Source: Candidatus Velthaea sp.
Lineage (GTDB): Bacteria > Vulcanimicrobiota > Vulcanimicrobiia > Vulcanimicrobiales > Vulcanimicrobiaceae
Direction of reading: 5' to 3'
NCBI GenBank assembly: GCA_050012475.1
Contig: JBEKHC010000001.1
Span: 122,108 to 186,107, forward strand
DNA: 64,000 bases
The translations under genes were made by a program, and so were the position numbers. Under the pieces are notes generated by a model that worked only from the letters and a program-made list of their open reading frames with translations, did no database searches and was not told the DNA's origin. Below, piece by piece: positions 1 to 9,699 of this stretch; the stretch's first letter is position 1, and each line of letters starts with the position of its first letter.

Positions 1-697
1 CGTCGCCGATCTCGGCCACGCCGATGCCGTTGGCGGCGTACAGGCTCAGTCCGTCCGTCGGCCCCGGCGCGATGTCGTGAAACATCGTGTACGGCAGCGT
101 GAAAAAATCGTTGGCGCCTGCGGAGTTGAACAGGCCGCCTTTGATCTCGGCCCAGATGCCGACCACGGTGCAGCTCGACCCGCCGACCCGCAAGACTTGG
201 CCCAGCGCGGGTCCGTCGAACATCCGCTGCGCCAGCGCGCGCGTGAGGTTGCAGACGCGCGCGCCGGTGGTGAGATCGGCCGTGCTGATCCGGCGTCCCG
301 CGAGCATGACGATCGAGTCGGGATGATAATCGCCGTCGGACACCCCGAAGGTCGTGTACTTGCGGTTCCCCACCCGCAAGCTGAATTGGCGCTGATAGGC
401 CGGTTCGATATCTTTGAGTTTGCCCGCCAGTGCCTCGCCGGCGATCCGGGCGTCGCGGTACTGGATCGCCGCGCTTTGCGGATCGTTCTGATCCGGATCG
501 ACGCTGACCGAAACGCCCGGATCGCCGAACGAATCCAGCGTTCCGCTGATGCCGCCCGATGCCGCTTTGCTGATGCCCAGCACCGCGATGATCGACGACG
601 TCCCGATGATCATGCCCAGCAGGGTCAGCAGCGAACGGGTGCGGTTGCGCCAAATCGCTTCGAAGGCTTCCGCGATATACGCGCCCAGCCGGCTCAT
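1..697 (-). CDS. MacB/FtsX-family ABC transporter permease (runs off window start)
   Basis: Manual translation MSRLGAYIAEAFEAIWRNRTRSLLTLLGMIIGTSSIIAVLGI is a typical MacB permease N-terminus; ATG overlaps the adaptor stop (ATGA). Confidence 0.85.
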   Translation of the reverse strand, partial: MSRLGAYIAEAFEAIWRNRTRSLLTLLGMIIGTSSIIAVLGISKAASGGISGTLDSFGDPGVSVSVDPDQNDPQSAAIQYRDARIAGEALAGKLKDIEPAYQRQFSLRVGNRKYTTFGVSDGDYHPDSIVMLAGRRISTADLTTGARVCNLTRALAQRMFDGPALGQVLRVGGSSCTVVGIWAEIKGGLFNSAGANDFFTLPYTMFHDIAPGPTDGLSLYAANGIGVAEIGD

Positions 698-2256
698 CCC
701 GCGCCGTTGCTCGCGCTGGGCGCCGGCGACGGTTCCGGCGCGGCTTTCACCGCGACATTGTCGGCGATGGCCGGGTTCCGGTCGACGACGACGGTGTCGC
801 CCGGTTTGAGACCGTGCGTGATGACGGTTTGCGTGTCGTTCGTCGCTCCGGCGACGACGTTCGTTTTGAGCGTGCGCCCGTCGGCGGGGCGGACGACGAA
901 GACGTACGGCTTGCCGTTGTCACGGCGAATCGCCTCGCTGGGCAGCGCGATCACGTGCGCTTCATCGACGGTCACGATGTCGACGTCGACGTTCATGCCG
1001 TCGCGCAGAAACGGCAGCGAACCCTGCAGCTTGATCGTGGTGATGATCTGGCGCGACGTGTTCGCAGGATCGTCGCTCTTTTGCGCCACCTCGCCGATTG
1101 CCGCCACGCGTCCGTCGATCGTGCTGCTGCCGAGGTCTTCACCGCTGATGCGTGCTGCTTGACCCAGTTTGACTTGCGAAATGTCTTGTTCGTCGACGCG
1201 CGCCCGGACGATAAAACCGGTATTTGCCGCCAGCGTCACGAGCGGTTGTCCGGCGGACAGATTGTCTCCGGGCTGCAGCGGGCGCAGCGAATCGTTCGTT
1301 TGCACGGCGATCGTTTGCACGATGCCGGCGAACGGCGCCACGATGGACAGCCGCGCGACCTGGTCTTGGGCATAGCGCAGATCGTTGAGCCGCGCGGCGG
1401 CATCGCCGCGCGCGGCCACCAGGTCACCGGCCTTGTTTTGCTCGGATTCGAGTTTGGCGGCGGCGAGCGCGGCTTGTGCTTGCCGCACGGCGTCGCGCGC
1501 CGCGCGCACGCGGTCGGCGAGCACCGAGACGTTCTGTGAAAGCTGCGTGTACGTGTCTTGGCGCTGGCGTTCGGCCTGGTCGGCGGCGATTTGCGCTTGG
1601 GCGAGGCGCGCGGCTTGCTGGCTGAGCGTATCTTTGGAGATGGCTTTGTTCGCGTAGAGGTCCTTGTCCGCATCGTAGATGCGCTGGGCTTCGCTCAAAC
1701 TCGTGCGCGCGTTGGCTACGCCGGCGTCGGCGCCCACGCGCTGGGATTCGGCGGTGGCGCCGCCGTACCCCAACCCCGATTGCGCACCGTTCTTCTGATC
1801 GGTGATGGCCTGGTTCAAATTGAATTTGGCCTGCTCGAGGTTGAACTCGGCTTGCACCACGCTGGATTGGTTTTGTGCCGGCAGCACCGCGTTGGTCTCG
1901 GCTGCCGACGATGCGCGCCCGCGCGCCGCGTCGTAAGCGGCCTGCGCGCCTTCTTCGCTGCTGACCAGTTGCGGATTCGAGAGCTGGAAGAGGAGCTGGC
2001 CGGCCGCGACGCGGTCGCCGGGTTTGACCAGCACGCGCGCGATATCGCCGGGCACGAGCGTCGACAGCGTTCGAATTTGCGGCCGCTGCACGACGCCCGT
2101 CTCGGGCAGGCGGGTGATGAAACGGCCGTAGGCTGCGGTGGCGAGCTTGGCTTCGATCGCGGCATCCCGGGGATGCCCTGCGGCGAACGCGCCGATCGCG
2201 ACGATCGCGATGAGCCCGGCGACCAGTGCGACGAGATTGCGGCGGCGGCGAATCAC
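694..2256 (-). CDS. Efflux periplasmic adaptor (MacA/HlyD family) with long coiled coil
   Basis: N-terminal TM, VKPGDRVAAGQLL, IVAPFAGIV, VDEQDISQVKLGQ, GLKPGDTVV; GTG start overlaps TolC stop. Confidence 0.88.
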   Translation of the reverse strand: MIRRRRNLVALVAGLIAIVAIGAFAAGHPRDAAIEAKLATAAYGRFITRLPETGVVQRPQIRTLSTLVPGDIARVLVKPGDRVAAGQLLFQLSNPQLVSSEEGAQAAYDAARGRASSAAETNAVLPAQNQSSVVQAEFNLEQAKFNLNQAITDQKNGAQSGLGYGGATAESQRVGADAGVANARTSLSEAQRIYDADKDLYANKAISKDTLSQQAARLAQAQIAADQAERQRQDTYTQLSQNVSVLADRVRAARDAVRQAQAALAAAKLESEQNKAGDLVAARGDAAARLNDLRYAQDQVARLSIVAPFAGIVQTIAVQTNDSLRPLQPGDNLSAGQPLVTLAANTGFIVRARVDEQDISQVKLGQAARISGEDLGSSTIDGRVAAIGEVAQKSDDPANTSRQIITTIKLQGSLPFLRDGMNVDVDIVTVDEAHVIALPSEAIRRDNGKPYVFVVRPADGRTLKTNVVAGATNDTQTVITHGLKPGDTVVVDRNPAIADNVAVKAAPEPSPAPSASNGAG

Positions 2257-3659
2257 GTGCGCAGATCCACGATCGCCACCGGATCCAGCGTTCCGACCGC
2301 CACGCGCAGATGGACGACCGCGCCGATGTAGCTGACGCGGGCGTTCACCAGATCGTTCTGCGCCGACAGATTGTCGCGCTCGGCCTGGGTGGCGTCGGTC
2401 AACGAGATCAGCCCGTTCTTGTACTGCAGTTGGGCGATCCGGGCCGACTCGGCGCCCAGTGCGGAGGCCTGTTTGGCGGTTGCGAGATTCGCATACGCCG
2501 TCTGCGCGCCGCGTTGGGCCTGGCGCACGTCGGTTTCGACCGCGTAGCGGGTCGTGTCGAGTGCGGCTTGCGCGGAATCGATCGCGGCGCGCGCGGCGCG
2601 GTGCTGGGCGTGCCGCGAGCCGTACTCGACCAAGCCGATCTGCAGCGTTTCGGTCGCCCCGATCTGCCAAAAACCCGTGCTGCCGCGCGGACCCAACGGG
2701 AAAGGCTGACCGGTTGACGGATTGGTCAGCGCGCTTTGGGTCGGGATGAATTGGTTGCCAAACGCGGCATTGATCGAAAGCGCCGGCAGCCGGTCGCTGT
2801 CGATGATCGCGTCGGCGAGCCGTGCGTTCGCGACCGCAGCGGCGGCGCCCGCAATATCGGTGCGGCCGGCTTCCGCAGTCGCGATGAGCTCGGCCAGCGG
2901 CGTCGTCGACGGCGCCGGTTCGGGCAGCACGTCCTCGAACACGAAGGCTTGCTCGGGCGGTGCGCCGACGGTCTGCGCCAGCGACTCGCGCGCCGTCGCT
3001 TCGTCGGACTGCGCGGTCGCAAGTGCCGCTTGCGCGCGCAGCGCATTGACCTGCGAGCGCAGCACGTCGACCCCCGCAGCGCGGCCGACGCGTTCGTTGT
3101 CGCGCGCAACGTCCAGCAGCGCTTCTTGATAGGTTTGGTCGACGGCATCGAGGCGGACGGTTTCGCGCCGGACCGAGACGGCGTAGTACGCGCTGCTCAC
3201 GTCTTGCGCCAGCTGCTGCTCGGCATGACGCAGGTCGTCGCGATCGGTTTCGACTTGCCGCTTGGCGCGCTGGCTCGTGATCTGGTTGGCCGAACCGTTG
3301 TAGAGCGTCCACTGCGTGCCGAGTTGCGCCGTATTTTCCGAGAACGTCGTGATGCTGTTGGTCGTCGCCGGACCGATGCCGAACTGTTCGAGCGATCCGA
3401 TCGAGCCGTTCGACTGTTTGGTGAGCTGATTTTGCAGCTCTCCGGTAAGCGGCGGATACTCGGCGGCGTGGTCCTTGGCGTATTGCGCTTCATCGTTGGC
3501 CAGCGTCGCGCGCCGGCTGGCGATCGAGGCGTTGTGATCGAGCGCGAATCGAACGGCCGAACGAACGTCGAGCGGCTGCTCCGGCGGCGGTGACTGGGCC
3601 CCGACGGGCCGCGCGCAGCAGCACACCGCGATCAGCGCGGCGATCCGGGCGAGGCGCAC
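2253..3659 (-). CDS. TolC-family outer membrane efflux protein
   Basis: Signal peptide, OEP-like repeats (AVRFALDHNASI, VSSAYYAV, LQYKNGLISLTD); start approximate. Confidence 0.85.
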   Translation of the reverse strand: MRLARIAALIAVCCCARPVGAQSPPPEQPLDVRSAVRFALDHNASIASRRATLANDEAQYAKDHAAEYPPLTGELQNQLTKQSNGSIGSLEQFGIGPATTNSITTFSENTAQLGTQWTLYNGSANQITSQRAKRQVETDRDDLRHAEQQLAQDVSSAYYAVSVRRETVRLDAVDQTYQEALLDVARDNERVGRAAGVDVLRSQVNALRAQAALATAQSDEATARESLAQTVGAPPEQAFVFEDVLPEPAPSTTPLAELIATAEAGRTDIAGAAAAVANARLADAIIDSDRLPALSINAAFGNQFIPTQSALTNPSTGQPFPLGPRGSTGFWQIGATETLQIGLVEYGSRHAQHRAARAAIDSAQAALDTTRYAVETDVRQAQRGAQTAYANLATAKQASALGAESARIAQLQYKNGLISLTDATQAERDNLSAQNDLVNARVSYIGAVVHLRVAVGTLDPVAIVDLRT

Positions 3660-3759
3660 GGTTACGCGTTTGCCGGAGCGGCGGGGCGCGGACGCGTTCG
3701 CTTGGGCTGCCTCACGAGGTTCGGGAGCGGCTGCAATGATGGCGCTGGGCGATACGTCG

Positions 3760-4104
3760 TCACGGCTCAACGGTTCGGCGCGCGGGTCCCGTCGCTTTCT
3801 GTTTGGGGCGCGGCGGATCGGCCAACAGCGCATCGACGCTGAGGCGGTGTTCGATGACCGCGCGGGCGCGCTCGAGGCCCTCTTCGCGCAATTCGAGCAT
3901 CCGCAGCCGCAAATACATCACGGTCGAGCGCCGCACCCGGGGTGAAAACAGCTCGATTTGGCGTTCTGCCGAGGCCGGCGTCCGGACCGCGTGGGGCGAG
4001 CGCGGTGTTTCGCTTGCTGGGGACGGCAAGGCCTGGGTCCAGAGCGCAAATGATAGGAAACTGACCAAAAAAGCGGGCGAAGCTCGCCGGATAGTTAACC
4101 TCAT
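3760..4104 (-). CDS. Hypothetical protein with signal-peptide-like N-terminus
   Basis: ATG at 4104, MRLTIRRASPAFLVSFLSFALWTQA; fills the gap upstream of TolC, divergent from rnj. Confidence 0.45.
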   Translation of the reverse strand: MRLTIRRASPAFLVSFLSFALWTQALPSPASETPRSPHAVRTPASAERQIELFSPRVRRSTVMYLRLRMLELREEGLERARAVIEHRLSVDALLADPPRPKQKATGPARRTVEP

Positions 4105-4149
4105 ACGATTCCCGATCACGCGCGACGGGGTCACATCAAGGACGGAATT

Positions 4150-5859
4150 TTGCAAGTTAGCGGTCAGTCGTACGCAGATACCCTCGTCGTCCCACCCCCG
4201 CCCCAGGAAAGTTACCTGCGCATCATCCCGCTCGGCGGATGCGGCGAGATCGGCCGGAACATGACCGTGGTCGAAACGAACGACGATCTCATCGTCGTGG
4301 ACTGCGGCTTGATGTTTCCCGACGACGAGATGTTCGGCGTCGACATCGTCATCAACGATTTCTCGTATTTGCGCGAGCGCGCCGACAAGTTTCGCGCGCT
4401 GCTCGTCACGCACGGACATGAAGATCATATCGGCGGGATTCCGTACTTGCTGCGCGAGTTCACCGTCCCGGTCGTCGGCACGCCGCTCACGCTGGCGCTC
4501 ATTCGCGCCAAACTCAAAGAACACAAGCCGGCCGAACTCAATTTCGTCACCGTCAACCCGGGCGACAAAGTCACCTACGGCGGCATCGAAACCGAATTCA
4601 TCCACATCAACCACAGTTTGGCGGGCGCGTGCGCACTGGCGATTCACACGCCGCAGGGCACGGTCTTCCACACCGGCGACTTCAAGTTCGATCAAACCCC
4701 CATCGACGGGAAGCCGGCCGACTTCGCGGCGATCGCGCGCGTCGGCCAAGCCGGCGTGCTGTGCATGCTCGCCGATTCGACCAACGCCGAGCGCCCGGGC
4801 CACACGCTGTCCGAACGGATCGTCGGCGAAGCCTTCGCCAACATTTTCGCGCGCGCCAAAGGCCGGCTGATCGTCACCTCGTTCGCCTCGAACGTGCCGC
4901 GCATTCAGCAGGTCGTCGACCAATCGCAGCGCTTCGGCCGCAAAGTGGCGTTCTTGGGCCGTTCGCTCTCCAACGTCGTGCATTACGCCACGGAGCTCGG
5001 CTACCTCGACATCCCGCCGGGGATGATCATCCGGCTCGAAGCCGTCGACGATTATCCCGCCGACCAAATCGTGGTCATGACGACGGGTTCGCAGGGCGAG
5101 CCGATGTCGGCGCTGACCCGCCTCTCGGTGCGCGATCACAAGAAGCTGCGCATCGTTCCCGGCGACACTGTCGTCATCAGCGCAACGCCGATCCCGGGCA
5201 ACGAGAAAAGCGTCTCGAAAACGATCAACAACCTTTACCGTTTGGGCGCCAACGTGATCCACGGCTCGACCGGGATGGCGCATGTTTCGGGACACGCGTC
5301 GCAAGAAGAACTGCTGCTCATGCTCAACTTGGTGCGGCCCGACTACTTCATCCCGGTGCACGGCGAGTACCGGATGCTCGTCACCCACGGCAACCTCGCG
5401 CGCCAAACCGGCGTTCCCGGCGACAACGTGTTCGTCATCGAGAACGGCGACGTGATTCAGTTCACCCACGAAACGGTCGGCAAGGTCGGGCGGACGTACG
5501 GCGGCAACGTCATGGTGGACGGTTCAGGGGTAGGCGACGTGGGCGACGCGATTTTGCGCGACCGCAAGCATCTCGCCGGCGACGGGATCATGATGGTGGT
5601 GGTCACCGTCGATGCCGAAGAAGCGCGGGTCGTGGCCGGACCCGATCTCGTGTCGCGCGGCGTCTTCTATTTGCCCGAGTCGGGTGCCGTGATGGAAGAA
5701 CTCAAGGCGAAGCTGACCCGGATTCTCGACGATTGCTCGGTCGAAGGCATCCGCGACGTCGGTACGGTGAAAGAACACATCCGCAACGGGCTTTCGAAGG
5801 CGATCTTCGAGCGCTCGCGGCGCAAGCCGATCGTCATCCCGGTCGTCATGGAAGTCTAG
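4150..5859 (+). CDS. rnj: Ribonuclease J
   Basis: PLGGCGEIGRNM, THGHEDHIGG, HTGDFK, HVSGHAS, PVHGEYRM. Confidence 0.97.
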   Translation: MQVSGQSYADTLVVPPPPQESYLRIIPLGGCGEIGRNMTVVETNDDLIVVDCGLMFPDDEMFGVDIVINDFSYLRERADKFRALLVTHGHEDHIGGIPYLLREFTVPVVGTPLTLALIRAKLKEHKPAELNFVTVNPGDKVTYGGIETEFIHINHSLAGACALAIHTPQGTVFHTGDFKFDQTPIDGKPADFAAIARVGQAGVLCMLADSTNAERPGHTLSERIVGEAFANIFARAKGRLIVTSFASNVPRIQQVVDQSQRFGRKVAFLGRSLSNVVHYATELGYLDIPPGMIIRLEAVDDYPADQIVVMTTGSQGEPMSALTRLSVRDHKKLRIVPGDTVVISATPIPGNEKSVSKTINNLYRLGANVIHGSTGMAHVSGHASQEELLLMLNLVRPDYFIPVHGEYRMLVTHGNLARQTGVPGDNVFVIENGDVIQFTHETVGKVGRTYGGNVMVDGSGVGDVGDAILRDRKHLAGDGIMMVVVTVDAEEARVVAGPDLVSRGVFYLPESGAVMEELKAKLTRILDDCSVEGIRDVGTVKEHIRNGLSKAIFERSRRKPIVIPVVMEV

Positions 5860-5951
5860 CCGCTATCGGGTTTCGCCGAGCGACGCCCTTGCGCCGACCG
5901 TGTGGCGCACGGGCTTTTCACGGCGGCATGTACGCGCTGAAGATCTACTCG

Positions 5952-6602
5952 TCATTGAAACGTCAGTTCTAAATTGTACGTGAACGGCTGCGGCGTGCAC
6001 CGGCTGCCGCGCAGGAAGCCGTATTGTCCGCCGCGCGCGATCCGCAACGCGGCCGCGTCGAGTGCCGGCGAGCCGGTGCTCTTGCGTAATGCGGGCGCAG
6101 CGGTCTGCGTGCCCGCGGCATCGAGTTCGACGGCGACCACCGCGGTGCCGGTGCGCTTGCGGTCGCGCGGGTCGGGCGTGAGAAACGCCAAAACGTACGG
6201 CGTGCAATGCGGGTCGAGTGCCGCGGGCGTCGGGGCTTGGGCCGCAGCCGGCGCCGGAAGTTCGTAGATCAGGTGCAGGCCGCCGCTGTATGCGACGCAG
6301 CCGGCTTGCGGCGGATCGTAACTCGCCCCCTGCAGCGCCTGACGGGCGTTCAAATCGACAGCCGGATCGCCGGAGCTTTGATCGATCTGCAGGGCCCGCA
6401 CGCGGCCGTCGCTGCCGATGTCGACCTCCACGGCGAGTTGCTTCGAGGTAATCTTGGCTTCCGGCGGCAGGCTCAGCTGCAGCGGCGCGGCGAGTTTCGC
6501 GGCGGTCGTCGCGCATCCGCCGCCCGAAGCGTGCGCGTGCGCCGCGACCGGGACGAGCGCCGAAAGCAGAACGGACGTGAGCGCGAGCGCGCGGTACTTC
6601 AT
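5952..6602 (-). CDS. Exported protein with two TonB C-terminal-like domains
   Basis: Signal peptide ending AHA; SSGDPAVDLNA and STGSPALDAAAL motifs. Confidence 0.7.
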   Translation of the reverse strand: MKYRALALTSVLLSALVPVAAHAHASGGGCATTAAKLAAPLQLSLPPEAKITSKQLAVEVDIGSDGRVRALQIDQSSGDPAVDLNARQALQGASYDPPQAGCVAYSGGLHLIYELPAPAAAQAPTPAALDPHCTPYVLAFLTPDPRDRKRTGTAVVAVELDAAGTQTAAPALRKSTGSPALDAAALRIARGGQYGFLRGSRCTPQPFTYNLELTFQ

Positions 6603-6671
6603 GGCCAAAGAACGCTTCGCAGGAAGATCGTCGGCTCCGCCCGCCGAGTCGGGGGCGGTGCGCGGTCGCTG

Positions 6672-8930
6672 TCAGGCGACGTGGATGCGGTCCCGTCCGG
6701 CTTGTTTTGCGCGATAGAGCGCCGCGTCGGCGCGGTTGAGTGCCCGGTCGAACGTGTCGGCCGCTGCATCGAACATGGCGATGCCGAAACTGGAGGTGAC
6801 GTGAATCGTCGCGTCTTGCGTCACCACATCCGTTTCGGCGATCTTCGCTCGAATGCGCTCGGCGACCGCCGTGGCTTCGCTGAGCGCGGCGCCGGGGAGG
6901 AGCAGCGCGAACTCTTCGCCGCCGATGCGGGCGACGAGATCGGTCGGCCGCAGCCGGTCCGTGGCTGCTTGTGCGACGCGCTGCAGCACGGCGTCGCCGG
7001 CGGCGTGCCCGTAGGTATCGTTGACGCGCTTGAAATGATCGATGTCGAAGATGACGACGGCCAACTCACCGCCGCTGCGCCGCAGCGCGGCGATTTCGGC
7101 GCGCGCGCGCTCGTGCAGGTAGCGGCGATTGGCGACCCGGGTCAGCATATCGGTCATCGAAAGGTGCTCGAGTTCGCGCTGCGTCGCTTGCAGCTCGTTC
7201 ACGGTGTGTTCGAGCTTCGTGTAGGCCGCGGCGTTGTCGAGCGCGATCGCCGCATAGGCGCCGATCGCATGCACGATCGAGACCTCGTTTTCCGCATACG
7301 CGCCGGCGCGTTCCGAGCCGATGATCACCAGGCCCAGCACCCGGTCGGCAACGACCAGCGGCGAATACAGCACCGTCCGCAGCGGAAGGGGCGCATTCGT
7401 GTCGACGACTTCATACCGCGTGCTCAGCGCACGCGCCTGCGGCGACGCCGCATCTTCGAGGCCCAGCCCGGCGGCCGAACTCGCGCGGCAAAATTCGCTG
7501 TCGAAAACCCGCTGCAATGACGTTCCGTCCGGTTCGAGGAGATAGACCCCGAACGCCGTGACGTGCAGCAGGTCGGCGGCGTGCCGCGCGTAGATCGCGA
7601 ACACCGCGTTCCGGTCGAGCGTCGCGGTGATCTCCTGACCGATGCGCCCGAGCGTGGCCAGCATCGCGGCGATGCGGCGATGGGATTCCGCGTCGGCATG
7701 CGCGCGTTCCAGACCGAGCTTGGCGGTCATATGGCCGGCGTACTGCTGAGCCGCCACGGCCTCGATCTTCGCGCGCAGCGCATGATGCGCTTGGAGCAGG
7801 TCGTAGGCGGCGGCGTGTTCGCCCAGGGCCTGATGCGCTTGGGCGCAGGCGAGCAGCACGGTCGCACGCAGCTCGGATTCGTCGTGCCGGTCGAGCGCGC
7901 ATAGCGCTTGCTCGCCGTGCACGAGCGCGTCGAGCGGCGCATCGAGCGCCAGCGCGCATTGCGCGAGTCCGGTTTGAACGTCGGCGACGCTGCACTCGTC
8001 GACGTACGGTTGGCGGTAGATTTCGACGAACTCGTCCTCGAACGCGGCGCGCGCCTGTGCGGGCTCGCCGCAAATCAAAAAATGGCGGCCCAAGGCTGCG
8101 TAGTACGACGCCCGTCCGAACGGGCTGAGCGTTCCGGTCGACGGGCCGCCGGGGTAGCGGACGGCGCCGGGGGCGGGCGTCGTCACGCGCCACGCCTCGG
8201 CCTCGAGCAGACGCCGGGCGGCCAAGATGTCGCGGTCCGCACGTGCCGTCCGGCCCGCGGCCCGATGACGCGCGGCGCGCTCGTGCAGCGCGTCGGTGAG
8301 ATTCCAGCGCGCGAGCTGCACCTCGTCGAGAAACGTGTCGCTGGTCGGCGGGTCCGCATCTGCCGCAGCGATCGCGCATTCGTAGACCTCGATCGCCGCG
8401 TCGATATCGCGGATCGCGAAGAGCGCCACGCCCAGCATGATCAGGCTGCGGATCTGCGCGCAGCCCGGTGAGATGACGGTCACCGCGGTAGTCGTTGTCG
8501 CCTCACCCGCATCGATTGCTGCCGTGGCAAGCCGCACGCCTTCCTCGAGTTGCGGCAGCGCTTCGGCGATCCGTCCGAGCTTGAAGAGCGCGGTACCCGC
8601 GGCGCGAAACGTCTCGGCATGCACGCCGGCGAGAGGCTGCGCCGCGGCGGCGGCGAGCTTGGCGAAGACGCGCGCACCTTCGTCCGCGGCCCGCAAACCC
8701 GCTTCGTGCCGGCCGTAGAGAATGAGTGCGCGGCTATACAGGCACAGCGCACGCCCCAGCAGCGCGGGGTCGGACAACCCGCGAACGCGCTCCAACATCG
8801 TCTCGACCTCGCCGAGGTCCGCTCCGACGCCGCAGACGAACTGCGCTTCGAGTTCGTACACGTCGCGTGCGGCCCGGTCTCGGGCATTGATCGCGGATGG
8901 TCGCGTAGCCGCGGCGGTGTTCATGACCAT
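6672..8930 (-). CDS. Diguanylate cyclase with TPR-like and GAF domains
   Basis: DIDHFKRVNDTYGH, RPTD I-site, GGEEF, ADAALYRAK; GAF-like middle. Confidence 0.92.
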   Translation of the reverse strand: MVMNTAAATRPSAINARDRAARDVYELEAQFVCGVGADLGEVETMLERVRGLSDPALLGRALCLYSRALILYGRHEAGLRAADEGARVFAKLAAAAAQPLAGVHAETFRAAGTALFKLGRIAEALPQLEEGVRLATAAIDAGEATTTTAVTVISPGCAQIRSLIMLGVALFAIRDIDAAIEVYECAIAAADADPPTSDTFLDEVQLARWNLTDALHERAARHRAAGRTARADRDILAARRLLEAEAWRVTTPAPGAVRYPGGPSTGTLSPFGRASYYAALGRHFLICGEPAQARAAFEDEFVEIYRQPYVDECSVADVQTGLAQCALALDAPLDALVHGEQALCALDRHDESELRATVLLACAQAHQALGEHAAAYDLLQAHHALRAKIEAVAAQQYAGHMTAKLGLERAHADAESHRRIAAMLATLGRIGQEITATLDRNAVFAIYARHAADLLHVTAFGVYLLEPDGTSLQRVFDSEFCRASSAAGLGLEDAASPQARALSTRYEVVDTNAPLPLRTVLYSPLVVADRVLGLVIIGSERAGAYAENEVSIVHAIGAYAAIALDNAAAYTKLEHTVNELQATQRELEHLSMTDMLTRVANRRYLHERARAEIAALRRSGGELAVVIFDIDHFKRVNDTYGHAAGDAVLQRVAQAATDRLRPTDLVARIGGEEFALLLPGAALSEATAVAERIRAKIAETDVVTQDATIHVTSSFGIAMFDAAADTFDRALNRADAALYRAKQAGRDRIHVA

Positions 8931-9060
8931 GGTTCCTGAGCTGAAGCTTCCGTTCTTAGGGAAACGGCGTCTGCTTGGGTTGTCGGCCGAAGCCGCACTT
9001 CGCTTGAGCGGCGGGGCCGTGAACCGGGCTGCTCCGCGCCGGACGCTCCTGCGGGACGGG

Positions 9061-9699
9061 TCAGAGCACCCGGGCTCGGGGTGCGGCGATCCGCGTCACG
9101 GTGAGGGCCAGCGCCAGCATGGCGACGGCGAGCAGGATGCCGCCGGCGAGGTCCGAGGGGTAGTGGGCGCCCAGCGCGAGCCGCGACCAGATGACGCCGA
9201 CGCCCCACGCGACTAGCGCTGCGCAGAGCGGGATCCGCACCGCCGGGCGCAGCGCGCTGCGCGCGACGTGGTACGCCCACAGCCAGTACACCAGGGTGGC
9301 AAACATCGCGTGACCGCTGGAATAGGCGAAGCTCGTTTCGTGAAAGACGAGCCAATACGGCGGCCGCGGCCGGGCGAACAGGTCCTTGAGCACGTTGCTC
9401 GTTTGCCAGGCCACGAGCGTGATCACGACGGCAAAAACGATGCGCGCGCGCCAGGCCGGGAACCGGATCGCGAGAGCGCAACCGGCCAAACCGAATGCCG
9501 TGAGCACCGGCCACAAGCACGACTCGGTGAAGATCGCAGCGATGCGCGGCGCTTCGCCGGCAACGCTGCGCGCCGCCGCGTCGATCCCGTGGGGCGGGAC
9601 GTGTGACACCGCGTTGCCGAGCAGCACGTACACCACTGCCGCAACGACGAACACCGCGGCCGGAGCGAGCGCGCCGGCCGCGCGCGCCCGAACCGCCAT
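9061..9699 (-). CDS. PAP2-family membrane phosphatase
   Basis: KDLFARPRP, YSSGHA, SRLALGAHYPSD; start overlaps ftsK stop. Confidence 0.9.
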   Translation of the reverse strand: MAVRARAAGALAPAAVFVVAAVVYVLLGNAVSHVPPHGIDAAARSVAGEAPRIAAIFTESCLWPVLTAFGLAGCALAIRFPAWRARIVFAVVITLVAWQTSNVLKDLFARPRPPYWLVFHETSFAYSSGHAMFATLVYWLWAYHVARSALRPAVRIPLCAALVAWGVGVIWSRLALGAHYPSDLAGGILLAVAMLALALTVTRIAAPRARVL

